Part shown: piece after piece, positions 29,681 through 38,420 of the stretch
How positions within the stretch are numbered: position 1 is the stretch's first letter
Layout of the letters: each line of letters opens with the position of its first letter
Position numbers and translations under genes: made by a program
Source of the DNA: Vicinamibacterales bacterium
GTDB taxonomy: Bacteria; Acidobacteriota; Vicinamibacteria; Vicinamibacterales; UBA8438
NCBI GenBank assembly: GCA_965208535.1
Contig: CBDBOU010000003.1
Span: 1,765-65,764 of the forward strand
Length of the DNA: 64,000 bases
Reading direction: 5' to 3'
The notes under the pieces: generated by a model
Told to the model about the DNA's origin: nothing
Seen by the model: only the letters and a program-made list of their open reading frames with translations
Databases searched by the model: none

Positions 29681-31408
29681 CCCGGAAGATTCGCGGCGGG
29701 TGTGATTTTCGGTACAGACACAAGAGCCTCCGCGTGGTACAAGTGTAGTGGCAACAAGCACTTACACCACCACGGAGGCCCCTGCGTGACGACCGACACT
29801 GTATCACAGACTGTTCTGTTCCCGGATCTGTTCGACAAGCCGCTGTTCGCCCAGTTCAACCAGGAGCAGGCCAGCTCCGACGGCGGGGCGGTTCTGCTGA
29901 AGGCCGCCGAGCGCGTCTACGGTCTGGTCAAGGCGTTCGCCGGGTGCCTGTTCGACAAGCGGGCGCCGGACAAGACCCGTCACACGCTCGCGGACCTGGT
30001 CGGCCAGCGCATCTTCGGCATCGCCTGCGGCCATCCCGACTGCAACGACGGCGACCACCTCGCCGACGACCCGGTGCACAAGCTGTTGCTCGACAGAGAC
30101 CCGGTTTCGGGTGAGCGCCTGGCATCGCAGCCGACCCTGTCGCGGTTCGAGAACGCGTTCAACCGCTGCGCGCTCTACCGCATGGCGGACGAGTTGGCGA
30201 CGCGGGTCATCGAGCGCCATCGCCGCCGTCTGGACGGGCAGGCGCGGTGCATCACCATCGACCTGGACCCGACGGACGACCCGACGCACGGGGCGCAGCA
30301 GTACACCCTGTTCAACGGGTACTACGACAACTGGTGCTACCTGCCGCTGCTGGCCTTCCTGCGCTTCGACCGCGAATCCGAGCAATATCTGTGCGCGGCG
30401 CTGCTGCGGCACGGCAAGGCGGTCGCCTCCGACGGAACGGTCGGGCTGTTGTCGCGTTTGCTGCCGCTGGTGCGCCGGGCGTTTCCGCGGGCACGCATTC
30501 TCGTTCGGCTCGACGGGGGCTTTGCCAGCCCGGCGGTCTTCGACTTCCTGGAGGCGCAGCCGCGGCTCGATTACGTGGTCGCGATGGCGAAGAACGCGGT
30601 CCTGCTGCGACACGCCGAGCCGGCCATGCTGGTGGCGCGGGCGCGCACTTGGCGCAGCGACCAGACCGAGCACGTCTACACCGAGACCGACGAGTATCGG
30701 GCCGGCAAATGGAGTCACGCGCGCCGCGTCGTGATCAAGGCCGAGGTCGTTCGCCTCGGGGACCGCGAGCCGCGGGACAACCCGCGCTTCGTGGTGACGA
30801 ACCTGCGGCAGACGCCGCGCTTCATCTACGAGAAGGTCTACTGCGCGCGCGGCGACGTCGAGAACCGGATCAAGGAGCTGAAGGCCCTGCAGATCGACCG
30901 CACGAGTTGCCAGAAGTTCTCACCGAACCAGTTGCGCGTCCTGCTGACGGCCGCCGCCTACGTGCTGATGCAGGAGTTGCGGTTGCGCGCCGCCGACACC
31001 GCGTGTGCCCGCGCACAGGTGCCTTGGCTGCGCGACCGGCTGCTGAAGCTCGGCGTCCAGGTGGTGCGCTCGGTGCGTCGCATCGTCCTGCGCCTGCCGC
31101 GCGCGACACCGGACTTGGTGGCGTGGCGACAGATCGCGTTCGCGCTCGGGGCGCGCACCGGATAGCGTTCTGTCGCACGTCATATCGCTGCCGGCCGGTC
31201 GGCTGCCAAGCGCCCGCAACGGGGACGTGTGTGCAGCTATCGTCTTCGGCACCCGTCATCACGTCCATGGGGCGCTCAACCACGCCGCCACGCGTGGTTG
31301 AGGACGTTCCGGGGGCCACCCGCCGGTCACTACCCGCCGTCGGTGACCGAATCCGGTCTCGTCACCGCCTCCCGGAGGCCGAGTCCGGGACGTCGTGCAT
31401 GATGCGGG
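29681..31408 (+). mobile_element. IS1380-family insertion sequence
   Basis: CTAG duplication at 29677-29680 and 31409-31412; imperfect CCCG-starting terminal inverted repeats (10/15). Confidence 0.85.
29786..31165 (+). CDS. IS1380-family DDE transposase
   Basis: SSDGGAVLL, LASQPTLSRFEN, IDLDPTDDPTHGAQQ, RLDGGF, YCARGDVENRIKELK. Confidence 0.93.
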   Translation: MTTDTVSQTVLFPDLFDKPLFAQFNQEQASSDGGAVLLKAAERVYGLVKAFAGCLFDKRAPDKTRHTLADLVGQRIFGIACGHPDCNDGDHLADDPVHKLLLDRDPVSGERLASQPTLSRFENAFNRCALYRMADELATRVIERHRRRLDGQARCITIDLDPTDDPTHGAQQYTLFNGYYDNWCYLPLLAFLRFDRESEQYLCAALLRHGKAVASDGTVGLLSRLLPLVRRAFPRARILVRLDGGFASPAVFDFLEAQPRLDYVVAMAKNAVLLRHAEPAMLVARARTWRSDQTEHVYTETDEYRAGKWSHARRVVIKAEVVRLGDREPRDNPRFVVTNLRQTPRFIYEKVYCARGDVENRIKELKALQIDRTSCQKFSPNQLRVLLTAAAYVLMQELRLRAADTACARAQVPWLRDRLLKLGVQVVRSVRRIVLRLPRATPDLVAWRQIAFALGARTG

Positions 31409-31474
31409 CTAGATCTATCCGTGCGCCTCCCCATACACCCGGACCGCGCAGCCGACGCCGGATCGTAGCACGCC

Positions 31475-32920
31475 GGGGGATGTCCCAGACGCTGTTGAAC
31501 TTGAGTTGATGTGAAGCGGGTGGCGGCTCCTGCCCCTGTCCTGTGGTAGGACAGGGGATGCAATCAGAAAGGAGACTGCCACCCATGGCGAAGCATGACA
31601 GGCGGAAGACGTCCGGCCAACCCCCCAGCTCGCGACCCGTCACGATTCAGGTGCCGCTGCCGGTCCTCGGCGTGGTCAACGGTGTCCGGGAAGCATTCCA
31701 TGGATTGTGCATCGCGACCGGTCTGCAGGTCCTGGAGGCGATGATGGAGGCGGACCGGGAAATGCTGTGTGGCCCGAAGGGGCGCCATCAGGTTGAGCGT
31801 CCCGCGTGGCGCGGCGGGAGTGTCGACAGCCAGGTGACGCTGGGCGGGCGGCAGGTCGAGCTGCCACGGCTGCGGGTGCGGAGCGCCGAGGGCGAAGTCC
31901 CCCTGGCGAGCTTCCAGTGGGCGGCGGCCACCGACCCGCTGGACGAGCACACGCTGGCCGCGGTCGCCGCCGGGGTGTCGACACGCCGGTACGCGAGCAC
32001 GTTGGACCCGGTACCGTCGGAGGTGACCGAGCGGGCGACGTCGAGCAGCGCCGTGTCGCGGCGGTTCGTGGCGCTGTCGAGCAAGCGCCTCCAGGCGTTT
32101 CTCGACCGGCCGTTGGGGGAATTGGACCTGCGGGTGGTCTGCATCGACGGCAAGGTCTTCCGGGACCACTGCATGGTGATCGCGCTGGGGATCGACACCC
32201 AGGGCCGGAAACACGTGCTGGGCCTGCGCGAAGGCGCCACCGAGACGGCTGCCGTCACCACCGGCCTGCTGAGCGACCTGGTGACGCGCGGGCTGCCGAC
32301 GGACCGGACGTTGCTGTTCGTCATCGATGGCGCTGCGGGGGCTGCGCCGGGCCATCACCGACGTCTTCGGTTCTCGCGGCGTGGTGCAGCGTTGCCAAGT
32401 CCATAAGTGGAGGAACGTCATCGGCCATCTGCCCGAGCGGCTGCACGCCTCTGTCGGCAAGGCGTTGCGGGATGCGTGGGACCTCGATTCGGCGGACCGT
32501 GCGGCGCGCGTGCTCGAGCGGCTGGCCAAGTCACTGGAGCGTGAGCACCCCGGGGCGGCGGCGTCCATCCGGGAGGGATTGGACGAGACGCTGACCGTGC
32601 AACGCCTCGGACTGACGGGGGCGCTGCAGCGTACGCTGCGGACGACGAACATCATCGAGAACCTCAACGGCAGCGTCGAGCGCTACTCGCGCAACGTCAA
32701 GCGCTGGCGCGGTGGTCAGATGATTCAACGCTGGGTGGCGAGCGCGCTGGTCGAGGCGGAGAAGCGCTTCCGGCGCGTCCGGGGCTACCGTGACCTGCAG
32801 CACTTGGTCCGCGCCCTCGACGCGATAAGCCCCCCTGACAGCGTGGTTGCTTACGTGGCGTAATATAGACAGGACTGGGAGCTCGTCACCCGAAGTTCAA
32901 CAACGAACGGGACATTCCCC
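31475..32920 (+). mobile_element. IS256-family insertion sequence
   Basis: Imperfect inverted repeats of about 28 bp: GGGGGATGTCCC..GTTGAACTT and AAGTTCAAC..GGGACATTCCCC. Confidence 0.82.
31585..32863 (+). pseudogene. IS256-family transposase, frameshifted near 32330
   Basis: GVSTRRY, CIDG, GLREGATE, FVIDG in the first frame; LRRAI..VQRCQVHK..LRTTNIIE in the next frame. Confidence 0.88.
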
Positions 32921-33403
32921 TCGCCGCAGGCGGAACCATCCCGGCGGGTGGCGCGTCAAGCCTTGCGGCTCCTCCACTCGCGTTCCGGCCCTCCAGGGTG
33001 ACCCGCCACCCGCCGGGATGGGATGGCCAGTTGTCGCCGGAAGCCAAGCTACCGGCCCCTGACGAGGGCCGGAACGAGTCACCGCAACCGGACCACCACC
33101 GCCAACGCCGCGACCTGTCACCGGCACCAGACACCGATACTTGACAGCAACAATCGGGCCAACGCGCCAGGATGAGAGAATCGGAGGGGGGCACGGCGAT
33201 CAATGGAGAAACGGGCGGGTGGGGCGGGAAGGGCATCGAGGCGGACCACTGGGAGATCGAGGACGTGTGGGCAAGGAGGATCCGGACGGGCGGGTCGAGA
33301 GGAAGAACAGCGGCCGGAAGATGTGATCTGATCCGGCGCCTGGTCACAGCGGGAGCACCAGCCCGATCACACCCGAGCCGAAGACGATAGTGCCGCGCCA
33401 GAC

Positions 33404-33468
33404 CGTGACAGCATCCCTGTGACCAAGTCACAGCCCCTGTCACAGTCGGTGTCACAACCCCCGTCACA
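33404..33468. repeat. Iteron-like GTCACA array
   Basis: GTCACA at 33427, 33439, 33451 and 33463 (exact 12-bp period), inverted copies at 33404 and 33418, followed by a T-run. Confidence 0.7.
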
Positions 33469-33596
33469 CATTTTTTCCCTAAACCACTGAATCCATTGAC
33501 CCGACCCCACACGGACTATCCATCAACGGAGTATCCATGTTGTCAAGTGCGAGCCCACAGGCGCACGCTGTACGTTGAGTCTTGCCCCCTGGAAGC

Positions 33597-34580
33597 TCAT
33601 GCCGCGACGAGCGGCGCGTCTCCGGCGGATGGCGTTCTGTCCTGTCCTGGCCGCTCTGGCGACCAGGTTCGATCCTGTTCGAGCAGTGCGTTGGCGAGGA
33701 CGAGCAGCTTGCGCATGACGGCGACCAGAGCGACCTTGCCGGGCTTTCCCTGGGCGACGAGTTGTCGGTACTTCGTCCGCAGATCCGGATTGCAGCGCAT
33801 CGCGGTCACGGCCGGCATGTAGAGGATTCGTCGCACCTGCGCCCGGCCGGCCTGTATGAAGCTTCGGCCTTGCCAAGTGCCGGACTGTCGCGTGACGGGG
33901 GCGAGCCCCGCGAGGCTGGCGGCCGCCTTGGCGTCGAGTCGGCCGAGTTCCGGCATCTGGATGAGCAGGCCTGTGGCGGTGATGCGGGACACGCCCGGAA
34001 TCGATGTCAGGATCTCGGCCCGGCGGGCGAGCGCTTCGTCTTCGGCGAGCCGCTTTCCGATCTCGGCATCGATGGCGGCCAGATGCCGGTCGAGCTGGGC
34101 CACCTGCGCCTTGTTCTGGCGCTTGAGCAGGCGGTGTCGAATCTGCTTCTGGCGGTTGAGTGCGGCGGTGCGGTCCCTGATCAGTGCGTCACGCGCCACC
34201 TGGAGTTCCTCGAGGGCGCGGCGTGCAGGCGATGACATCTCGGTTGGCCGCAGTTCCAGCGCGGCTCCCATCTGCGCCAGGACCCGGGCGTCGACGAGGT
34301 CGGTCTTCGCCCGTTGTCCGATGGCCTGCGCGAACCGTCGGGCCTGCAACGGGTTGACCCGCGCCAGGGGCAACCCGGCTGAGAGCAGCGCTTCCTCGAA
34401 GGCTCGGTGCCAGTGTCCTGTCGGCTCGTAGGTAACGGCCCGCACGGGGCGTTCGATCCAGGCGATCAGCGCCTTGAATCCCGCGTCGTCGTTGGTGAAT
34501 CGCGCGGCCGTGCCGTCGGGCGCCCTGTAGGCGTCGAGAGGGGTCTTCGAGATGTCAACGCCTACGGTAGGATCTGGCAT
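33597..34580 (-). CDS. IS110-family recombinase
   Basis: DEDD residues in GVDISK, YEPTG and KTDLVDA; Tnp serine in PVTRQSG; SIPGVS. ATG at 34580. Confidence 0.93.
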   Translation of the reverse strand: MPDPTVGVDISKTPLDAYRAPDGTAARFTNDDAGFKALIAWIERPVRAVTYEPTGHWHRAFEEALLSAGLPLARVNPLQARRFAQAIGQRAKTDLVDARVLAQMGAALELRPTEMSSPARRALEELQVARDALIRDRTAALNRQKQIRHRLLKRQNKAQVAQLDRHLAAIDAEIGKRLAEDEALARRAEILTSIPGVSRITATGLLIQMPELGRLDAKAAASLAGLAPVTRQSGTWQGRSFIQAGRAQVRRILYMPAVTAMRCNPDLRTKYRQLVAQGKPGKVALVAVMRKLLVLANALLEQDRTWSPERPGQDRTPSAGDAPLVAA

Positions 34581-34589
34581 CTTTTCCTG

Positions 34590-34860
34590 CTCCTGTGCTT
34601 GTTTGCGAGCCCTCACGCTCAGGTATCCATTCAGGCCGTGGGAAAAGACGGTGGCGACCAAACTCCGTTGCGGCCCCTGATCGGCCAAGCGGCTCACGGT
34701 CCGACCACCGCCACCCCCGGCGCTCTGCACGGGGCGCCAGGGGGTGGGACCTTCCGCGGTCGGCGTCCCCTCCCCCGAGCCCCCTCCCGGGTCTACGACG
34801 CGCTGCGCGGACACTCTCAATCTTCCCCTGTCGTCCGGCTGAAGCTGCCGGAGTCCACAG
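34590..34860 (-). ncRNA. Predicted IS110 bridge RNA
   Basis: The non-coding left end has two internal loops with 8-nt exact matches to both donor halves and to the right target flank. Transcript ends are approximate. Confidence 0.75.
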
Positions 34861-35138
34861 CGGTGAAGCCTACAAACAAGCCGGGGAAAGGGTCGGGGCA
34901 AAGACGGGAGCGACCCGGCAAATCTGCCCGATTTGCGGCCCCGGCCGGCTCGTGTCGTCACACTCGCCGCCGAGTCCTCGGGTCGCTCCCGAAGCGGCAG
35001 TTTTCCGTGCCGGAAGGCTCTCGGCGCCCTGCGTCAACCGCCGTTTCTCCGGCGGCTGCCATCCCGACAGGACAGCCCGTTCGTCGTTCAGCCCGATGGA
35101 GCGCAGAACGCCCAGGCGGCTGCCGCCGCACCGCCGCG

Positions 35139-37673
35139 CTACTGCGGGACTTGCGCTGCACCCTCGCGCAGGTCGGCGGCCAGTCTCCGGGCCGTGTCGT
35201 GCGCGGGGTCGAGTTCGAGCGCGCGCTCCAGGCTCGCCAGCGCCTCGTCGCGGCGGCCGAGGAAGTACAGCGTGACGCCCGTGTTGGCGTGCACGGTCGG
35301 GTCGTCGGGCGCCAGGTCCGCGTGCGCGCGGTACAGCTCCAGGGCCTGCTCGTACTCCCGCCGCCCGAACCGCCACAGGGCCAGGTGGTCGAGCGCCTCG
35401 GCGTGTTCCGGGTCGCGCTCGACGGCGCTCTGGAAGTGCGTTGCGGCGTCGCCGTCGCGTCCGAGCCCCAGCAGGGCGCGGCCGGCCAGGTAGTGCGCGG
35501 TCGCCGCCGTGGCCGCATCCGCGCCCGGCGCGAAGCCGCGCTGCAGCGCTTCGAGCGCCTCGCCGTAGCGCTCCAGATCGAGCAGCGCGGCGCCGATGCC
35601 GACGTGGGCCGGGACGAAGTCGGGATCGATGCGCAAGGCTTCGCGGTACGAGGCGACGGCCTCGTCGCGGCGCCCCGCCGTCCGCAGCCCTTCGCCGATG
35701 ACGTGCAGCGCAGCCGGGTCGTCCGGGCGCGCGTCGCGGGCGCGGCGCAGGTACTGCTCGGCCTCGGCCGGGCGGCCCCCGTCGGCCAGCAGGTTCGAGA
35801 GCTGCATCAGCGGCGCCGGGCTCTCGGGCTCCAGCGCCGCGGCGCGCCGGAAGTGCGCGGCGGCGGCGGCGAGCCGACCCGCCTCGCGGGCCGCGCGGCC
35901 CGCGGCCATCGCGATCTCGCCCGCCGACGGCGCGTCCGGGTCCAGCGCGAGCGCCCGTTCGAGCGCCGCGAGCGCCTCGCCGTGGCGTCCCGACTCGAAG
36001 AGCGAGAGGCCGAGCCCGCCGTGCGCCGGCGCCAGATCCGGTTCCGCTTCCAGCGCGGCGCGGTACCTCTCGATGGCCTCGCCGTGGCGGCCCCGCCTGC
36101 GCAGCGCCTCCCCCAGGTTCTGGTGCGCGGCGGCGTCGCGGGGGTCGAGCCGCAGGGCGGTGCGCAGGACCGAGTCGGCCTCGTCGAACCCTTCCAGGCT
36201 CACGAGCACGCTGCCGAGGTTCACGTAGGCGTCCGCACTGAGCGGACGCCGCTCGACGCCGATGCGGGCGGCGGCGAGAGCCTCGTCGAGCCGGCCGGCT
36301 TCGGCCAGCGGACCCACCAGGTTGAGATGGGCGTCACGCGCGTTCGGATTGTGCGCGACGATGTGGCTGAAGAGGGTGACCCCGTCCCGGTAGATGCCCG
36401 CCTGCATCCACGTCAGCGTGCCGAGCAGCGCCAGCACCACGGCCAGCCCGCCGGCCGCGAGCCGCCGGTGGCCGGCCCGCAGGCGGCCGGCCCCGTGGGC
36501 GGCGGCGCCGACAGCCGCCGCCAGCACGCCGAGGCCGGCCAGGTACTGGAAGCGGTCGGCCACCAGCGAGAACTGCATGTAGCCGTAGTCGATGAAGCCG
36601 AGCACCGGAGAGAGCGTCACGGCGAACAGCAGCGCGCCCGCCAGCGGCCCCCGACCGAGTTGCCTCCTGCCCAGCCACAGCAGGGTGGCCAGCGCCATCG
36701 CCCCCAGGACGTACGTCCAGGCGACGGGGTCCGCGGCGTCGATCTCCCAGAGCGGGTAGATCACGATCAGGTCGGCCGGCCAGAGCAGCTTGCCAGCGTA
36801 GAACCACAGCGCGCGGGCCGCGATCAGCACGCGCTCGGCCAGCGAGTAGCCGAGGTCGAGCGGCTCGCGCGAGGCGTAGAACGCCAGGTCCGCCGCGGTG
36901 ACGGCCAGCGCCACGGCGAACATCGGCGCGAGCCGGACCACGTCGGCCCGCGTGACGCGGCCCGCCTGCCACCAGTGCCGGATGAGCAGGGCCGCCGGCA
37001 GCGTGACCACGACGGACTTCGACAGCAGGCCGGCCGTGAAGAGTCCGAGCGCGAGCAGGTAGCGCCCGGGCCGCGGCGCCTCGGTGAACCGGATCCAGGT
37101 CAGCGCGGCGGTCAGGTAGAACAGGGCCGAGAGCACGTCCTTGCGCTCGATGATCCAGGCGACCGACTCGACGTGCAGCGGATGGACGGCGAAGACCGCC
37201 GCGACGATCCAGGCGCCGGGCACGGCCAGACGCCCCATCAGGCGCCAAATCAGCAGCACGTTGACCAGGTGCAGCAGCACGTTGACCGCGTGGTAGCCGA
37301 GCGGCGCCAGCCCCCACAGCTTGTGCTCGATCCAGAAGCTGGTGTAGACGACGGGCCAGTAGTGCGCCTCCCCGGCGATGTCGCCGGGCGAGAACCAGAT
37401 GTTCCACAGCCCGGACCAGTCGTGCACGACGGGCTCCTCGACGAAGATCACGTCGTCCCAGACGAACCCGGCCCCCAGTGCCGGCAGGTAGGCTGTGACG
37501 GTGAGGGCGGCGAGCAGCAGCGCGCCGCGCAACCGCTGGCCGCCGACGCGGCCGGCTTCAGCCTGGGCAGATGCCAGCGGCCGGGTGCCGGCCTTCGAGC
37601 GTCCCGCGGACGAGGAGGCGCGCTCGGCGGCCAGCCGCTCGCGCCGCGTCAGGCGCTTCGCTGTCTTCTGCAT
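35139..37673 (-). CDS. TMTC-like (GT-C, DUF1736-type) protein O-mannosyltransferase with C-terminal TPR array
   Basis: FVWDD, HYWPV, GYHAVNVLLH, FAVHPLHVESVAWIIERKDVL, LLSK and ADRFQYL motifs in a multi-TM region, followed by about 10 TPRs. Start is 37673 or 37733. Confidence 0.87.
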   Translation of the reverse strand: MQKTAKRLTRRERLAAERASSSAGRSKAGTRPLASAQAEAGRVGGQRLRGALLLAALTVTAYLPALGAGFVWDDVIFVEEPVVHDWSGLWNIWFSPGDIAGEAHYWPVVYTSFWIEHKLWGLAPLGYHAVNVLLHLVNVLLIWRLMGRLAVPGAWIVAAVFAVHPLHVESVAWIIERKDVLSALFYLTAALTWIRFTEAPRPGRYLLALGLFTAGLLSKSVVVTLPAALLIRHWWQAGRVTRADVVRLAPMFAVALAVTAADLAFYASREPLDLGYSLAERVLIAARALWFYAGKLLWPADLIVIYPLWEIDAADPVAWTYVLGAMALATLLWLGRRQLGRGPLAGALLFAVTLSPVLGFIDYGYMQFSLVADRFQYLAGLGVLAAAVGAAAHGAGRLRAGHRRLAAGGLAVVLALLGTLTWMQAGIYRDGVTLFSHIVAHNPNARDAHLNLVGPLAEAGRLDEALAAARIGVERRPLSADAYVNLGSVLVSLEGFDEADSVLRTALRLDPRDAAAHQNLGEALRRRGRHGEAIERYRAALEAEPDLAPAHGGLGLSLFESGRHGEALAALERALALDPDAPSAGEIAMAAGRAAREAGRLAAAAAHFRRAAALEPESPAPLMQLSNLLADGGRPAEAEQYLRRARDARPDDPAALHVIGEGLRTAGRRDEAVASYREALRIDPDFVPAHVGIGAALLDLERYGEALEALQRGFAPGADAATAATAHYLAGRALLGLGRDGDAATHFQSAVERDPEHAEALDHLALWRFGRREYEQALELYRAHADLAPDDPTVHANTGVTLYFLGRRDEALASLERALELDPAHDTARRLAADLREGAAQVPQ

Positions 37674-38401
37674 GCTCTCGCCCGGCGGCGCCGGCACAGG
37701 GTCTCCCCGAGGCGGTGGCGGTAGAGCCGGCACAGATGGCGCAGGAAGTCGGCGTGCGTGCGCCAGTTCAGGTTGCTCCTGCCCTGCCGGCGGTCGACGA
37801 ACCGGATAGGCACTTCACGGACCCGGAGCCGGCCCCGCGCCATCAGCTCCAGGGCGACCTTGTAGCCGACGGGGCGCAGGCTGTCCAGGTCCGGCAAACG
37901 CCGCCGGTCGGCGGCGAAGAAGCCCGACAGCGGGTCCCGGCACTCCGCCAGCGGGCGCGCCAGCAGCGTGCCCAGCCGGGACACCAGCGCGCGGCGGCGG
38001 CCCCAGGCCGGGTCCACGGACGCGCCGGGCACGTAGCGGCTGCCGACCACGATGTCGCAGCCGTCGTCGAGCGCCGCCAGCAGGCCGGCGATCCGGTCGG
38101 GCGGGTGCGACAGGTCGGCGTCCATGACGACGAGGCGGTCGTGCCGCGCCAGCCGCATCCCGAGCAGGACCGAGAGCGCAAGGTCCCGGCGGGCCGCGCG
38201 GCGGGTCTCGATGCGCACCGGCAGGCGCCGGGCGATCTCGGCGACCACGGCCTCGCAGCCGTCCCGCGAGTCGTCGTCGACCAGGAGCAGCTCCCACTCG
38301 ACGCCCCGGTCCGACAACGCGGCATGCACGCCGGCGGCCAGGGCGGGCAGGTTCTCCGCCTCGCGCAGCGTCGGCACGACGATGGAGACGGCTTCGCCCA
38401 T
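37649..38401 (-). CDS. GT2 polyprenol-monophosphomannose synthase (DPM1/Ppm1-like)
   Basis: SIVVPTLREAENL, VDDDSRDG, VMDADLSHPP, VVGSRYVPG, DPLSGFFA, GYKVALE, EVPIRFVDRRQGRS. Confidence 0.9.
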   Translation of the reverse strand: MGEAVSIVVPTLREAENLPALAAGVHAALSDRGVEWELLLVDDDSRDGCEAVVAEIARRLPVRIETRRAARRDLALSVLLGMRLARHDRLVVMDADLSHPPDRIAGLLAALDDGCDIVVGSRYVPGASVDPAWGRRRALVSRLGTLLARPLAECRDPLSGFFAADRRRLPDLDSLRPVGYKVALELMARGRLRVREVPIRFVDRRQGRSNLNWRTHADFLRHLCRLYRHRLGETLCRRRRARACRRQRSA

Positions 38402-38420
38402 CTTCTCCGGCCGGCGCGAC

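Larger units (their letters stand above)
33530..34880 (-). mobile_element. IS110-family element (bridge recombinase system)
   Basis: CT core at both ends (minus strand 34880-34879 and 33531-33530). Joining the ends gives TTGACA-N17-TAGGCT. Confidence 0.88.
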
